A stretch of 60,094 nt of DNA, filler included, from Squatina squatina (taxonomy: Eukaryota), in assembly GCA_031763465.1 (NCBI GenBank). It is 4 parts of 4 records of this genome, joined end to end, with 100 filler letters (N's around TTAATTAATTAA, not from the genome) between each part and the next. Parts side by side here need not be neighbours in the genome. Positions count along the whole stretch, not along the records: positions 1 to 16,509 come from JARFOE010000192.1; positions 16,610 to 30,410 come from JARFOE010000001.1; 2 more parts are not named here. The stretch is one strand, 5' to 3'. Positions 11,601-24,635 of the stretch are shown here, piece by piece (the stretch's first letter is position 1; every line of letters begins with the position of its first letter). The position numbers and the translations under genes were made by a program. The notes beneath the pieces were generated by a model. The model made no database searches, had not been told where the DNA came from, and worked only from the letters and a program-made list of their open reading frames with translations.

Positions 11601-14600
11601 NNNNNNNNNNNNNNNNNNNNNNNNNNNNNNNNNNNNNNNNNNNNNNNNNNNNNNNNNNNNNNNNNNNNNNNNNNNNNNNNNNNNNNNNNNNNNNNNNNNN
11701 NNNNNNNNNNNNNNNNNNNNNNNNNNNNNNNNNNNNNNNNNNNNNNNNNNNNNNNNNNNNNNNNNNNNNNNNNNNNNNNNNNNNNNNNNNNNNNNNNNNN
11801 NNNNNNNNNNNNNNNNNNNNNNNNNNNNNNNNNNNNNNNNNNNNNNNNNNNNNNNNNNNNNNNNNNNNNNNNNNNNNNNNNNNNNNNNNNNNNNNNNNNN
11901 NNNNNNNNNNNNNNNNNNNNNNNNNNNNNNNNNNNNNNNNNNNNNNNNNNNNNNNNNNNNNNNNNNCTGCCTCTGTGCAGTCATTGTCAGTGTTTGCAGC
12001 ACTGTAGTGCCCTGACAGCACAATGTTAGAATAAACTTCAAATATAATGTGGCCCTGGTCCCTTTAAAGATCCCGGCTGAAAACACATCATGAATGACAT
12101 TAACAGACTCATTCCATCTCATTGGGCTACAACTACATCCATGTCAGTTTGATTAATAATGGTAAGAAACACCATTGGATAATCACAGAAAAGAAAGGAA
12201 TAACTCCCAAAGGTTCAACTTCTACTCTCTCATCTGCAAAACCACATTTGTTTAGGGGTTCACGAGAATTGCAAGAGATGCTGTTCTGAACAGGTATGTA
12301 ATTTAGTCCTGTATATTTCCGTGATACAGTGTGTGGTTCCAGTAAGCTCAGTCATTATGGCTGGTATATCAGAAAATGGGAGAATTAAGAATCCAATTCC
12401 TATCGTGAAAATATATGTACTTCTACATCTGCAAGAATGCTACAAAATGCATACGTGGTTTCAATGAAAACAAAATCACAGACCCTTCAGATATTAAACA
12501 TTACCTTTTTTAAAGATATAGGGGGAGAAATTCATTTAGGCCTGTTTTGGGGATCGAAATGGTCTTCGTGTTCTCAGCGCAAGCCTGAAGCCAAAGAGGT
12601 TCATCCAAAATTGGGCCTGCAGGTGCCAGTTGGGCCTACTGAGGCTACTCACCAGTTTTCTCTGGACCAATTTCAGCCAGCAGTGGCTCTCAGATAGGTC
12701 CTGGTTGGGGAGGGCGATGAACGAGAGGAGCACGAGCACGGGCTGGTAGCGGTCCACAGAAATGCTGTGAAGCCAAGAGGAGCAACCTGCTCCTCCTGGC
12801 TGCACATTAAGGTAAGTTAGAAAGAAAAAAATTACCTTTCTGCGAGTGGCATCCAATGGTCCCCTTTAGGCCGTTGGTTAGGCCGCAGATGGAATCGTAA
12901 AAATTGAGCTGAGTATGCCNNNNNNNNNNNNNNNNNNNNNNNNNNNNNNNNNNNNNNNNNNNNNNNNNNNNNNNNNNNNNNNNNNNNNNNNNNNNNNNNN
13001 NNNNNNNNNNNNNNNNNNNNNNNNNNNNNNNNNNNNNNNNNNNNNNNNNNNNNNNNNNNNNNNNNNNNNNNNNNNNNNNNNNNNNNNNNNNNNNNNNNNN
13101 NNNNNNNNNNNNNNNNNNNNNNNNNNNNNNNNNNNNNNNNNNNNNNNNNNNNNNNNNNNNNNNNNNNNNNNNNNNNNNNNNNNNNNNNNNNNNNNNNNNN
13201 NNNNNNNNNNNNNNNNNNNNNNNNNNNNNNNNNNNNNNNNNNNNNNNNNNNNNNNNNNNNNNNNNNNNNNNNNNNNNNNNNNNNNNNNNNNNNNNNNNNN
13301 NNNNNNNNNNNNNNNNNNNNNNNNNNNNNNNNNNNNNNNNNNNNNNNNNNNNNNNNNNNNNNNNNNNNNNNNNNNNNNNNNNNNNNNNNNNNNNNNNNNN
13401 NNNNNNNNNNNNNNNNNNNNNNNNNNNNNNNNNNNNNNNNNNNNNNNNNNNNNNNNNNNNNNNNNNNNNNNNNNNNNNNNNNNNNNNNNNNNNNNNNNNN
13501 NNNNNNNNNNNNNNNNNNNNNNNNNNNNNNNNNNNNNNNNNNNNNNNNNNNNNNNNNNNNNNNNNNNNNNNNNNNNNNNNNNNNNNNNNNNNNNNNNNNN
13601 NNNNNNNNNNNNNNNNNNNNNNNNNNNNNNNNNNNNNNNNNNNNNNNNNNNNNNNNNNNNNNNNNNNNNNNNNNNNNNNNNNNNNNNNNNNNNNNNNNNN
13701 NNNNNNNNNNTTAATAATGTTAATAATCAGAACCCTTTACACAATATTGCTCCCTTTCTTTTTTACCATAAGATCCCATTGGGAACATAGCCATGAAATG
13801 AATGAAGTGTTGACTGTAGTACTAAATGACAGCAGCGGCATGTTGCAGTAGCAATATTTACCTTTTAGAATGGGAAACACAACTCCGTATTTTGCACAGC
13901 ATATTTGTGTTGGGCACCACGTGGTACCACACAGACAAATATCGAAGACACAGAGACATTTTTTCCACCACTAAAATGGTGTCATTTTTTGTCCAGACCC
14001 AAAAAATGGAGTCTATGATCTGCTGTGATTTGACAGTACATATACTATCAAAATAGCTCCAGCACAAAGTCATTCTTCTGACTTACAAAAAAAAGCATAT
14101 TTGAACATTTTAATATCAGATTTTGATTTTAGTTGAGTATAAAAGTGGCATGTCACTGGGGCAGTGGCTGGCCTACCCGCTACCTTTGCCTGTAGGATTA
14201 ATTAACAAAATCTCTAAGCCTGGTCATGTAGCAACTATTTCTAGGTTGCTAATGACCTGACGTGTACCTGTACATCTCATCAATGTCCTGTTGAGGCAAT
14301 CTGCACACAAGAAACGCTGGGCACATAAAAAAGGGGAAAAAAATTATGAGACAAACTTCCTTTCAGATGGTATGATTTAGTGGCATCAAGGGGCCGAAAT
14401 TCATTCGCACCCCTCTGGGGCGCTTACGGGGCAGGTACCGGCATTTCTCGTGCTGGCTCCCACCCCACCTGGTGCAGAGTTCGTTATTCCGGGGCGGGAG
14501 TGAGCCGCAGCGCAGCCAGCCTCGCTCCCGGGCGGAATTGGGGCAGTTNNNNNNNNNNNNNNNNNNNNNNNNNNNNNNNNNNNNNNNNNNNNNNNNNNNN

Positions 14601-16509
14601 NNNNNNNNNNNNNNNNNNNNNNNNNNNNNNNNNNNNNNNNNNNNNNNNAGACTGAGGTAGATAAATGGGCTATCCAGATGCATAAAGTATGAAGGAAGAC
14701 TGAAAAAGTAATACATTTTGCAAAGGTAACACATAATGCACATTTACAAACACGTGTTAAGGCCAAAGTCAGGACAGAAAAATTGGTATTTTACAGAATT
14801 AATCCTTCTTTCGATGTACATGGATTTTTTCCCCCCCAATACCAGTGCACCACCAAGATTTTTAGATAAACATTCTTACTGTGTATGAGTTATAGAGAGT
14901 AACCAGTGGAAGAAAAGTTTAAAGAAAGTAAAGTAAGAACTGGTCCGGCCATGTAGGTCAAATAAAGATTTAAAAAACAGAAAAAATCTCTAGCTTCTTG
15001 ACTGCTTTAGGGTGTCACTTCATCTTTGGTATAAAATAGGCCATCCTTAGGCTGCATTTGATCCACAACTATGAAAATTAAAGACTACAGAAATTGTCCA
15101 CAATTTCTTCAATCTATTGCTTTTGCTTTGATTTCTTTTTAACCATAAGCTCCTATCTATCTAATTCGCACCTTTTACTCTTTAGCTTGCATCTGCAAGG
15201 TGACAAGCAAAGCAGACTAAAAAAATGTTAAGCTAATAAAAAAGATTGCAAATATAAAGCACTAATTCTGCTGCTAGCAATTATGCTTTGTAAATAAAAC
15301 AATCTGCCTTAAGCGATAAACTGCATTTTGTACAATGCAGTCATTATTTTTCAAATCGCAAAACGCTTCAGCCTTCTGCAAATTGTCAGTTTCCACTGCT
15401 TTAAGACAAAATTCATTAAAAGTCTCAGCAATTTTTTTAGATTTTGTCAGTCGTCCTTGTTCTTTATCAATAAAACCATGTTCTTCTGCAAAAGAAGACA
15501 AGCAACAATTTTTTTTGTTTTTTTTTGTTTTAACCTGTACAGCTTATTAGCATTTTACCTCCCTATAAAGTTAAGCTTTTATCAAATTCTTGCACCAACC
15601 ACTTGGTCCAAGCACATAATTTCAATCTAGAATTTCTAATGCAATGTTGACAGCTGGCTTTGAGAGCCTGACGTCTTCAAAATNNNNNNNNNNNNNNNNN
15701 NNNNNNNNNNNNNNNNNNNNNNNNNNNNNNNNNNNNNNNNNNNNNNNNNNNNNNNNNNNNNNNNNNNNNNNNNNNNNNNNNNNNNNNNNNNNNNNNNNNN
15801 NNAAACACTGCAGCTTCCTTCCTCTTCCAAACTTGTCAGTCTTACAGTTCTAAGTCTATCTGAACATACAAATCATTTATATTTTACCTGTTCATCTGAA
15901 TGAAAAGTCAAAACAATTCCCCTTTACGGGATTTTCTTTCTCTTTTAAAAATAAGCTTTTATAGCAAAATTAAACTGTCAGACTACATCACTGAACCATT
16001 TGCACAGCACATAAAAACACTTTTTTTTTGTCAGGTAAGGTAGGAAATAAAAAGCATTCATTCGACGCCTGTGCAAACTGGAAGCCACCTTCATATTCAC
16101 TGAAGTTTCCTGGTTCAAGGCAATTTTCAGCTCATGATTCCTGTTTTCAGTCCTGTTTACTGTCTGTGGAAAGAAAAAGACAAAAGACTGTCAGATACCA
16201 CACATGGGTACAGGAAAGAATAGAGTCCCATTAACTAAATCCTACATTAACCTCAACACAGACAAAATTATTTTGTAGTGAGATTATAAAATAAGACATG
16301 CAAAATTAAAAAAAAACAATGTTGATTATTTTTCTGCTTAGTTTTTTCCCTCCTTTCCTGAGCTCACTGACTGATGCTGGGGAAGAGTTCCACTGAGTCA
16401 GCTGCCCTGCAGCAATTTGAGTGTGGAGGTATTCTGCATTCATCCAACATCCAGATTGAAGAATTACAGAAGGGGTCAGTGGAAAATGATCAACAGCATG
16501 AATCCAGGC

Positions 16510-16609
16510 NNNNNNNNNNNNNNNNNNNNNNNNNNNNNNNNNNNNNNNNNNNNTTAATTAATTAANNNNNNNNNNNNNNNNNNNNNNNNNNNNNNNNNNN
16601 NNNNNNNNN
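16510..16609. other. Artificial scaffold linker (44 N + TTAATTAATTAA + 44 N)
   Basis: Six-frame-stop 12-mer centred in exactly 100 bp; identical at three places in the window. Confidence 0.95.
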
Positions 16610-17343
16610 TGCATTCATTGTCAGACATTACTCTGCGTCGGAATCGCATAAATCCCAAATATGTAGCGATCTCCGTTGCCTTAATGAAACACTGTGAGTG
16701 TTTGAGACAGTTGTGTGAAATTCTGAGCTGCCCCTAAGGATCTAATTAAAGTATACAACTCCAGTGGCAAATATGCTCCAAATCTATGGAAGAATTGAAA
16801 TTACGAGATTGTTAATAGACAAATTGACTGTGGCCCTTTTCCTTTGAGTTTTGCATCATTACTTTAAATTCAGCTCTCTTCATACAGCCTGAAGTGAATA
16901 AGCATCAACTTGCAAAACTGTTTAAGTCAAACATCAATCGATCAAGGAACAAATAGACTGAATCTACATTAACTAGAATTTACAGTGGCAGGCTGTGAGA
17001 CAGCTTGGGGAAAACATAATTTCAATCAGTTGCCGCAATAATTCCTTCAGAACTGGCATCATGACATGTTGTATAGAGTAAACTTTGTATTACTGTTTCA
17101 GGGCAGAGATTTGAATTTCATATCATACCTTCAGCTACGATGGATTCGAGCATCCATTTTCTTTCACTTAACCAACAAAATCAAATCTAACTCTTGCTGA
17201 GTGCTTTTGTTTTCTGCTGTCCAGGGTGAACATCTTTTTATTTTGCTTGTAGCTACTTGAATTTGAAGCTGAACCCAATGCGATTATGAACAATGCACAA
17301 CTGCAAGTTGTCACTCCATTAAATACACGTATAAACAAGAATA

Positions 17344-17570
17344 TTGGGTGATCGCTTTGCAGAACACCTCTGTTCAGTCCTTAAGCATGACCCCGAGCTT
17401 CCGGTCGCCTGTCACTTTAATTTTCTGCTTCATTCCCACTCTGATCTCTCTGTCCTCGGCCTCTTACACCGTTCCAATGAAGCTCGGCGTAAGCTTGAGG
17501 AACAGCACCTCATCTTTCTACTGGGCACTTTGCAGCCTTCTGGACTCAACATCGAGTTCAACAATTTCAT
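17344..17570 (+). mobile_element. Penelope-like element, GIY-YIG endonuclease C-terminal fragment
   Basis: LGDRFAEHL...LPVACHFN..HSHSDLSVLGL...RKLEEQHLIFLLGTLQPSGLNIEF is the typical C-terminus of a Penelope ORF. Confidence 0.88.
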
Positions 17571-17646
17571 AGAAACTTAGAAACATAGAAAATAGGTGCA
17601 GGAGAAGGCCATTCGGCCCTTCGAGCCTGCACCGCCATTCAACACG
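17571..17646 (-). mobile_element. CR1 3' terminus
   Basis: agaaacatagaaaataggtgcaggagaaggccattcggcccttcgagcctgc is the reverse complement of the CR1 3' tail seen at 47618-47731. Confidence 0.8.
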
Positions 17647-17824
17647 NNNNNNNNNNNNNNNNNNNNNNNNNNNNNNNNNNNNNNNNNNNNNNNNNNNNNN
17701 NNNNNNNNNNNNNNNNNNNNNNNNNNNNNNNNNNNNNNNNNNNNNNCTTGAAAGTCTTTCCCACACACACGTATGTATGGATATAGAGACAGACACAGGT
17801 TAACAGACTTTAAAAAAAATTCAT

Positions 17825-18225
17825 TTTTGGGATGTGGGCATTGCTGGCAAGGTCAGTATTTGTTGCCTATCCCTAATTGCCCTTGAGAAACTGGAAGCGA
17901 GCCACCTTCTTAAACCACTGCATTCCATGTGGTGAAGGTGGTCCCACAATGCTGTTAGGTAGGAAGGTCCAGTATTTTAACCCAGGGACAATGAAGGAAC
18001 GGCGATACGTGTCAAATTAGGATGTTGTGTGACTCGGAGGGGAACTTGGAGGTNNNNNNNNNNCTGCTGCCCTTGTCCTTCTAGGTGGTAGAGGTTGCAG
18101 GTTTGAGAGGTGCTGAAGAAGTCTTGATGACTTGCTGCAGTGCATCCTGTAGATAGTACACGTTGCAGCCACAGTACATCATCAGTGGTGGAGATTTAAG
18201 CTAGTGGATGAGGTGCCGATTAAGT
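17825..18225 (-). mobile_element. LINE (CR1/L2 group) 3' end fragment
   Basis: gggatgtgggcattgctggcaagg...ccctaattgcccttgagaa; a second copy lies at 23238-23341. Confidence 0.75.
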
Positions 18226-19097
18226 ATGATATCAGAAAACTTACAAATGAGACTATGATCGCCAACAAATAAACGTTTTTAACACCTTGACACATTTGAG
18301 CTGTTTGGGTATCAAACAGACTGATTGTGACTCGTATTGTAGCATCAATTTGCAGAACAAATCAACTGGATCAACCTGTCCACCAACTTCAATCAGAAGT
18401 CAAAGTCCCATCAGCTCAGGTCTTCCTTTCAAAACTCAATTAGAGTAATTAAATTAACTTCGGCATAACTTTTGTTAATTTATGAGATCACAGAGTGTGA
18501 CACTATTTAAAGTTTGACAGGCTTGATTGCAATTAGCTTGCTAATAGTCTTCATCAGCAATTTAGCCAGAACATTAATGTCTGTTCCAATATTTTATGTA
18601 TGGTTTAGAGGCTGTCANNNNNNNNNNNNNNNNNNNNNNNNNNNNNNNNNNNNNNNNNNNNNNNNNNNNNNNNTGATGAGCTTCTGTGAAAAGAGGCTTC
18701 CCATAATATGCTCCAGAAACAGCAAACACCTCTGGGGATCTCTGCAGCCTGATCCCTGTAAAGATGAATATCCTTTAACAGTTGGCCACAGTGGTTAAAC
18801 ATGGTTTCTAAACAGTGTAATCCTCTCACTGGTTCAAAGCTACACGGCAGAGTGAACAGAATAATAATACATCTTGCCTTGCAACCTTCAGCGGTGCCCG
18901 GCAGTCATTATAGAAGCTTACTTTCAAGAAATAAGATACAAAATTATAGATGGGTAGGAATGAGCAAAGGGCTGAAACTTCACGAGAGTAGCAGAACGTC
19001 CATCAAATCAAGAGGCCTCTCGTGAAGCCTTCTCCATATTGAGGCTATGTACGATTGTTCAATTCTCAACTCCCCCAACTTGAAGGAACATTCAACA

Positions 19098-19420
19098 GAA
19101 AAAAAAACTTGCATTTCTGTAGTGCCTTTCACAGCCTCAGGATGTCCAAATGCCGATGAAGTACTTTTGAAGTGTAGGAAACAAGGCAGCCAATTTTTTT
19201 CACATCAAGGTCACACAAACAGCATGGGATAAAGACCAGATAATCTGTTTTAGAGATACTGGTTAAGGGACACAATGTTGGGTGTATATATTGGCCAGAA
19301 CACTGGGGAAAATTCCCCTGCTCCTCTTCAAATAGTGCCATGGGATATTGTTACCCACCCTTAGCACTGTACTGGAGTGTCAGCCGAGAGTTTGTGCTCA
19401 AATCTCTGCAATGGGGCTTA
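19098..19420 (-). mobile_element. Deu-domain SINE (SacSINE1-like)
   Basis: Reverse-complement tail cttgcatt...gcctttcac...gaagtacttttgaagtgtag and core cccctgctcctcttcaaatagtgccatgggat. Confidence 0.8.
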
Positions 19421-19579
19421 AGTTGCTTTCCCTATCTCCCCAAGGGGAATAAACATGAAGTTGTACTATCTCTGTAACGCTCAATCCAATTCTCAATAGG
19501 TATCAACCCAACATGGCATGAAGAAACACAATATGGAGTCTATTAAAATCTCACTCTCACCATTACTTTAACAAAACTT

Positions 19580-19925
19580 TGTGGGGTTTTGATAAGAGTA
19601 CCTAGGAAGAAACTGTTTCCATTGGCAGGAGAGTCGCTAACAGAGGAAACAGATTTAAGGCACTTGGCAAAAGATCGAGAGGGGAGAGATAAGGAGAATT
19701 TTTTTTTTTTACACAACGAGTTGTTAGGATCTGGAATGCACTGCCTAAAAGGGCGATTTCATTGTAACTTTCGAAAGGGAATTGGATATATAGTTGAAAA
19801 GGAAATATTTGCAGGGCTATGGGGAAAGAGCAGAGGAATGGGACCAATTGGATCGCTCTTTCAAAGAGCCAGCACATGCATGATGGACTGAATGGCCTTC
19901 TTCTGTGCTAGATCATTCTATGATT
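19580..19925 (+). mobile_element. CR1 3' fragment
   Basis: KLFPLAGES...WNALP-type coding remnant followed by the ggactgaatggccttcttctgtgct tail. Confidence 0.8.
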
Positions 19926-20756
19926 CTAAAATATAAATCTACTTCAGAGCTGAAAATCCATTTGAAAAAAAAGACAAGAAATCCCAAAAGTAGCAGGCTA
20001 AATGTTAAACACATGGGCCGTACAAATCTACTGGTCTCCTGTAGGGAGACCAGCAGAACCCCGAGGCAAACGCTGTAACCCAGGCCTCTCTTCATTTCCC
20101 TGTGACTGGGAGAAACCTATGGGAATTTTAGGGCCACAGCTTACAGCGGTCCTTCGAAATATCTCAGATCTCCGAATCCTCGACACGACATTGTTGATAT
20201 TAAAATGGGGCTGGATCTACTTTTTAAACTTTAATTTCTGATAGGGACACCGGCCACTTGAAGTTTAGAACTGCAACTTTCACTTTTCACGAATAAATGT
20301 TGCAATTTATCCCTGGCTGTCTCGATCTTTAAAAATAATCTTTTATGCACAGTGGATCTCCTTGTTGCTAACGGTTTTAGGTGACACAGCATCCATATGC
20401 ACTGCTTTCAAGGTGCCGGTTTAAACTACCAGCAACTCCACCTCGCCTCCAATTTACAACATGTTGACCAAGATGCTGAACTAAATTATCAAACATGACA
20501 AGCATGTTCTGTGCAAGTGCCAATCACTGAAGCAAGTGACTTCTAGAGGTGTGAAGTTACACNNNNNNNNNNNNNNNNNNNNNNNNNNNNNNNNNNNNNN
20601 NNNNNNNNNNNNNNNNNNNNNNNNNNNNNNNNNNNNNNNNNNNNNNNNNNNNNNNNNNNNNNGTCGGTACAACAAAACATATCTTTGCAGGAAAAATGTA
20701 CAGATGACTCCATTCCTTTGTATCGTATTCCACCTCCCACTTGAGCACATTCCTAG

Positions 20757-20886
20757 TCATTGCCTATCACGAAGGTTTTCCATTCTCAGACAAAGAGGAC
20801 GAGCACATGATCTTTCTGAAGAATAGGACTGAGGAAAGTACCTGCTGCACTGAGATTCTGCAAATTTATGATGAACAAAGACCACG
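20757..20886 (+). CDS. Candidate internal exon of an unidentified gene
   Basis: Pyrimidine-rich acceptor (cattcctag), donor cg|gttagt, open frame IAYHEGFPFSDKEDEHMIFLKNRTEESTCCTEILQIYDEQRP. Protein not recognised. Confidence 0.25.
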
Positions 20887-21435
20887 GTTAGTTTTATTAT
20901 ATTGTAACTCAGGAATCCTTGAGGATACATACACTTGGCGAGACCAATGTGATACCCAATGACTAAATTCCTGAAATTTCCTCTCTGAGTAACAAATCAT
21001 AATGGGTTTAAAAACTGCGCAGAGTAAATCTCTCTCCTCCCGCTATGGCTTTCACTGTTTGTGATTCTGTATGACAAGCAGAAACATCGATAAGACTAAA
21101 TCACATTTGCACAGCTAACAACAAAATGCTTCCCCTGCCCACAACCACTTCCAAGGCCTTTAAGTTTTGTGTGGTAATTATTTTATCCTTATTAAATTTC
21201 TGCTAGCAAAAGTAATAACTCTCTCTGAGTTAACTTGCTTTGAAAGATAAAGCGACCTGCTACAAAAGGATAAATATAGAATTAAATTTACTTATCAAAC
21301 TGTAAATGCAAGAACTAAAAAGAGTAATGCATCATTTCAACACCAGAAACAGAGGTTGGCATTTGGAAATCAACAATAAAGGGTAGTTCTTTTGAGTTAA
21401 TTTTTGCAAGATGGCAGCTATACAAAGAAACAAAG

Positions 21436-21798
21436 CCTTGCATTTATAGAGTGCTGTTTACAATGTCCCAAAGTGCTTTACAGCTAGTGAAGTACTGTTG
21501 AAGTACCATCACTGTTGTAATATAGGAAATGCAGCAGCCAAATTGAGCACAGCAAGCTCCTACAAACAGCAATTTAAAAAATGGCAAGATAAGAACATAA
21601 GAAATAGGAGCAGGAGTAGGCCATTCGGTCCCTCGAGCCTGTTCCGCCATTCAATGAGATCATAGCTGATCTGATTCGGACCTTAACTCCACTTTCCTAC
21701 CTGTTTCTCATAACCTTTGATTCCCCTGTTGCTCAAAAATCTGTCTCTCTCAGCCTTGAATATATTCAATGACTCAGCCTCCACAGCTCTCTGGGGTA
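21436..21798 (-). mobile_element. Deu-domain SINE 3' half followed by a CR1 3' end
   Basis: SINE tail at 21436-21572 (cttgcatttata...gcacagcaagctcctacaaacagcaat). CR1 tail from 21592 (aagaacataagaaataggagcaggagtaggccattcgg). Confidence 0.8.
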
Positions 21799-22054
21799 NN
21801 NNNNNNNNNNNNNNNNNNNNNNNNNNNNNNNNNNNNNNNNNNNNNNNNNNNNNNNNNNNNNNNNNNNNNNNNNNNNNNNNNNNNNNNNNNNNNNNNNNGT
21901 ATTTATGTTTCTATAGCCTATAGGACGAAAACAAGATTTAATCTTCAATTGCTTTCGCAATGAGCCGGTACAGAAACGATTGGATGAATGGCCTCGTTTG
22001 TGCTGATAACGTCACTGGTGCAAAGTGATGGAAGGAGTCATCAATAGTTAGTTC

Positions 22055-22200
22055 TATCAAGTGGCACCTGCTCACTGATAAATTGCTTACTGATGCTCAA
22101 TTAGGGCTCCACCAGCACCTCTCCGCTCCAGACCTGACCACATCCTTGATCCAATCACGGATGCAAGAGCTGAATGTCAGAGGAGAAGTGAGAGTGGCTG
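22055..22200 (+). mobile_element. LINE RT fragment
   Basis: LLTDAQLGLHQHLSAPDLTTSLIQSRMQELNVRGEVRVA resembles the QFGFR..S..D region of a LINE RT. Confidence 0.65.
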
Positions 22201-24635
22201 ATTTAACCACTGGTATCTGACTGCAGAAACTGTAACTAACTGCATCGACTAGTTACCTTAAATTTGCAGCCTATTAATCATAACCACTTGCATAACTGCA
22301 TCTGTTGTATGCAGTAAGAGGTTTTCTTTTTCTGCTCAGAGCTGAAATCTAGACAGGCTATTAAAAGGAGACAGCAGTTTTTCTTCCTTTGCCGAAATTA
22401 CGGAACACAGAGCAAAACCATTACCTCTTTGCAAGCTGCAGGAGTGATCGATTCACTAATGCCACAAACACAAAAGATTTGTCAGAGGCAATTTGATGAG
22501 CAGCTGACATAACTAATGCAGACATGTTGACAGGACCACTTGCGAGAGCAGCTGGTTGAAGAGGTTTTAGTGAGAGTGCAACTCTTTTCCTGCTCCTTTT
22601 TTGTTTTGTCCAATCCCCTCGTTCTGAAGAGGTAATATTGATTTGATGATTGAATTCACAAAAGTCTTCATCAACGATGCTCACTGCAAAGTTCAAAGCT
22701 GGTACCCATGAACGTCCAAATTATTCCATCAAAATCTTTACTCTACTTCAAATTAAGCCATGATGCCTTTCTCCCACTTTTGCAGCAACAACATTCACCT
22801 CACGACTATCAGACCTCTTATCATTCCATTTATATAAAATTACTAGTCGATGACTCATGGCACTGCCTGCAACGGGTAGCAGGATGGAGTCCGTCATTTG
22901 TGTGTCTCTGACGCCTTGCTGACATGGCCACCATTGGCTCCAATGACTATATTGTGTCCTGTCCACTGTTCTTGTGTTGTCGCTGAAACCTCACCGCCCC
23001 CGATGCACCAGATATCCAATAGTTCCATTTCCTTTTTTTTAACAAGAGCATCCCGTAAAATTATCACGGATTTTTCCAACTACTAATGTCAAAGTGAACT
23101 CATACTCGAACAGAATCATAAAAGGAGCCAGCTAAATGAATCAAGTTCTTTTCAGTTTGCTCATTCACTTTCTTGAAGGTTTCACAGTGTAGAGACATCT
23201 AACGTGAAAATACATTGAATGTTTTTTAGAATTTGTTCACGGGATGTGGACATTGCTGCCAAGGCCAGCATTAATTGCCCATCCCTAAATGCCCTCGAGA
23301 AAGTGGTGGTGAGCCGCCTTCTTGAACCGCTGCAGTGAAGGNNNNNNNNNNNNNNNNNNNNNNNNNNNNNNNNNNNNNNNNNNNNNNNNNNNNNNNNNNN
23401 NNNNNNNNNNNNNNNNNNNNNNNNNNNNNNNNNNNNNNNNNTCTGATTACGCTCCTGTGAAACATCTTGGGAAGTTGCGCAGGTTGTTGTTGTTTTTTGA
23501 ACCTTTCAAGTGCGAAGTTTTAAATAGCTTGACTGGCTGCGGACAGGCAACCTGGAGGAGACACTGACTGTCCCTGCCATGGTAATTATGTTCAACAGCC
23601 ATTACCAAAAGAACAAATGGCAGCTTTGGTAAGAGAGCTGAAATTTAAAATACAAAGTACAGTGAAAAAAGTGTCAGTTTTAAACATGGAATTCAGTGCT
23701 AATAATTCCAGGTTGTTTGATCAAATGTCACAATTTTTATATTCGTAAGCCCATTCTGTATCAAATTATGCACGTTTAGAGGTGAATAATAAGGCTGTAA
23801 TTTAATTAATGTATTGAGATGATATCATAAGCCATAACAGCAAAACTTGAACAGTTTATAGGTGTCATTTGAACCAGAGAATAAATTACAGCCTGTTATT
23901 CACACTCCACCATCTATGAATTGTATAATATGTTATGGCCTCAATAAAATGAAAACACTGCCAATGACAGCTGAATGGAACTAAGACGACATTGATCGAA
24001 GACTGCGAGAGTCCATTGGGATATCGTCACTTCAGAGTAACAGTCACACTGGAGGAGGACTATTTCACAGAATATTCTGTAGAATTGCAAACTCAGTGTA
24101 GAACACACTGAATGACCCTCACAGAATCAAATTCAGGAACTCAGATAAAAGCATCACCAGACTAGTCCTGCAACAGTGCATGCGTAAATCATCCAAACCT
24201 CTGAAACTGGACAACTGTCTGACATCCCTGTTATTTGAGGAATGCCACACCATAAGTGTGACACAAATATCAGTAAAACTGCCAGTCCTGTACCTCTTAC
24301 TCATAGAATCATACAACACAGAAAGAGGCCATTTGACCCATCGTGCCTGTCCCAGCTCTTTGAAAACGCTATCCAATTATTTCCACTAACCCCCTAGCCC
24401 CCCCAAATTTTTCNNNNNNNNNNCCCTCTCGTCAGTATCCTAGAGACATATTACGCCTTGTGATTGTCCTGATTGAAGCAATTGTTCTGCTAAACCTTTA
24501 TAAATCATGGGTTAGGCCTCAGCTGGAGCATTGTGTCCAATTGTGGGCACCGCACTTTAGGAAGGATGTCAGGGCCTTGGAGAGGCACAGAGGTAGGGTG
24601 ACCACATAGCATGAGTCCCAAACCGGAACAATCAG

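Noticed and set aside
16030-16190. Strong minus-strand acceptor (ctttttgtctttttctttccacag)
   Set aside because: Two downstream frames stop within five codons and the third is unrecognisable, so no gene can be assigned.
22421-23086. Chain of short minus-strand ORFs ending at a donor-like AG|GTAATG
   Set aside because: Frames are interrupted by stops, there is no clear acceptor, and only a vague GREB1-like resemblance that I cannot support; needs BLASTx.
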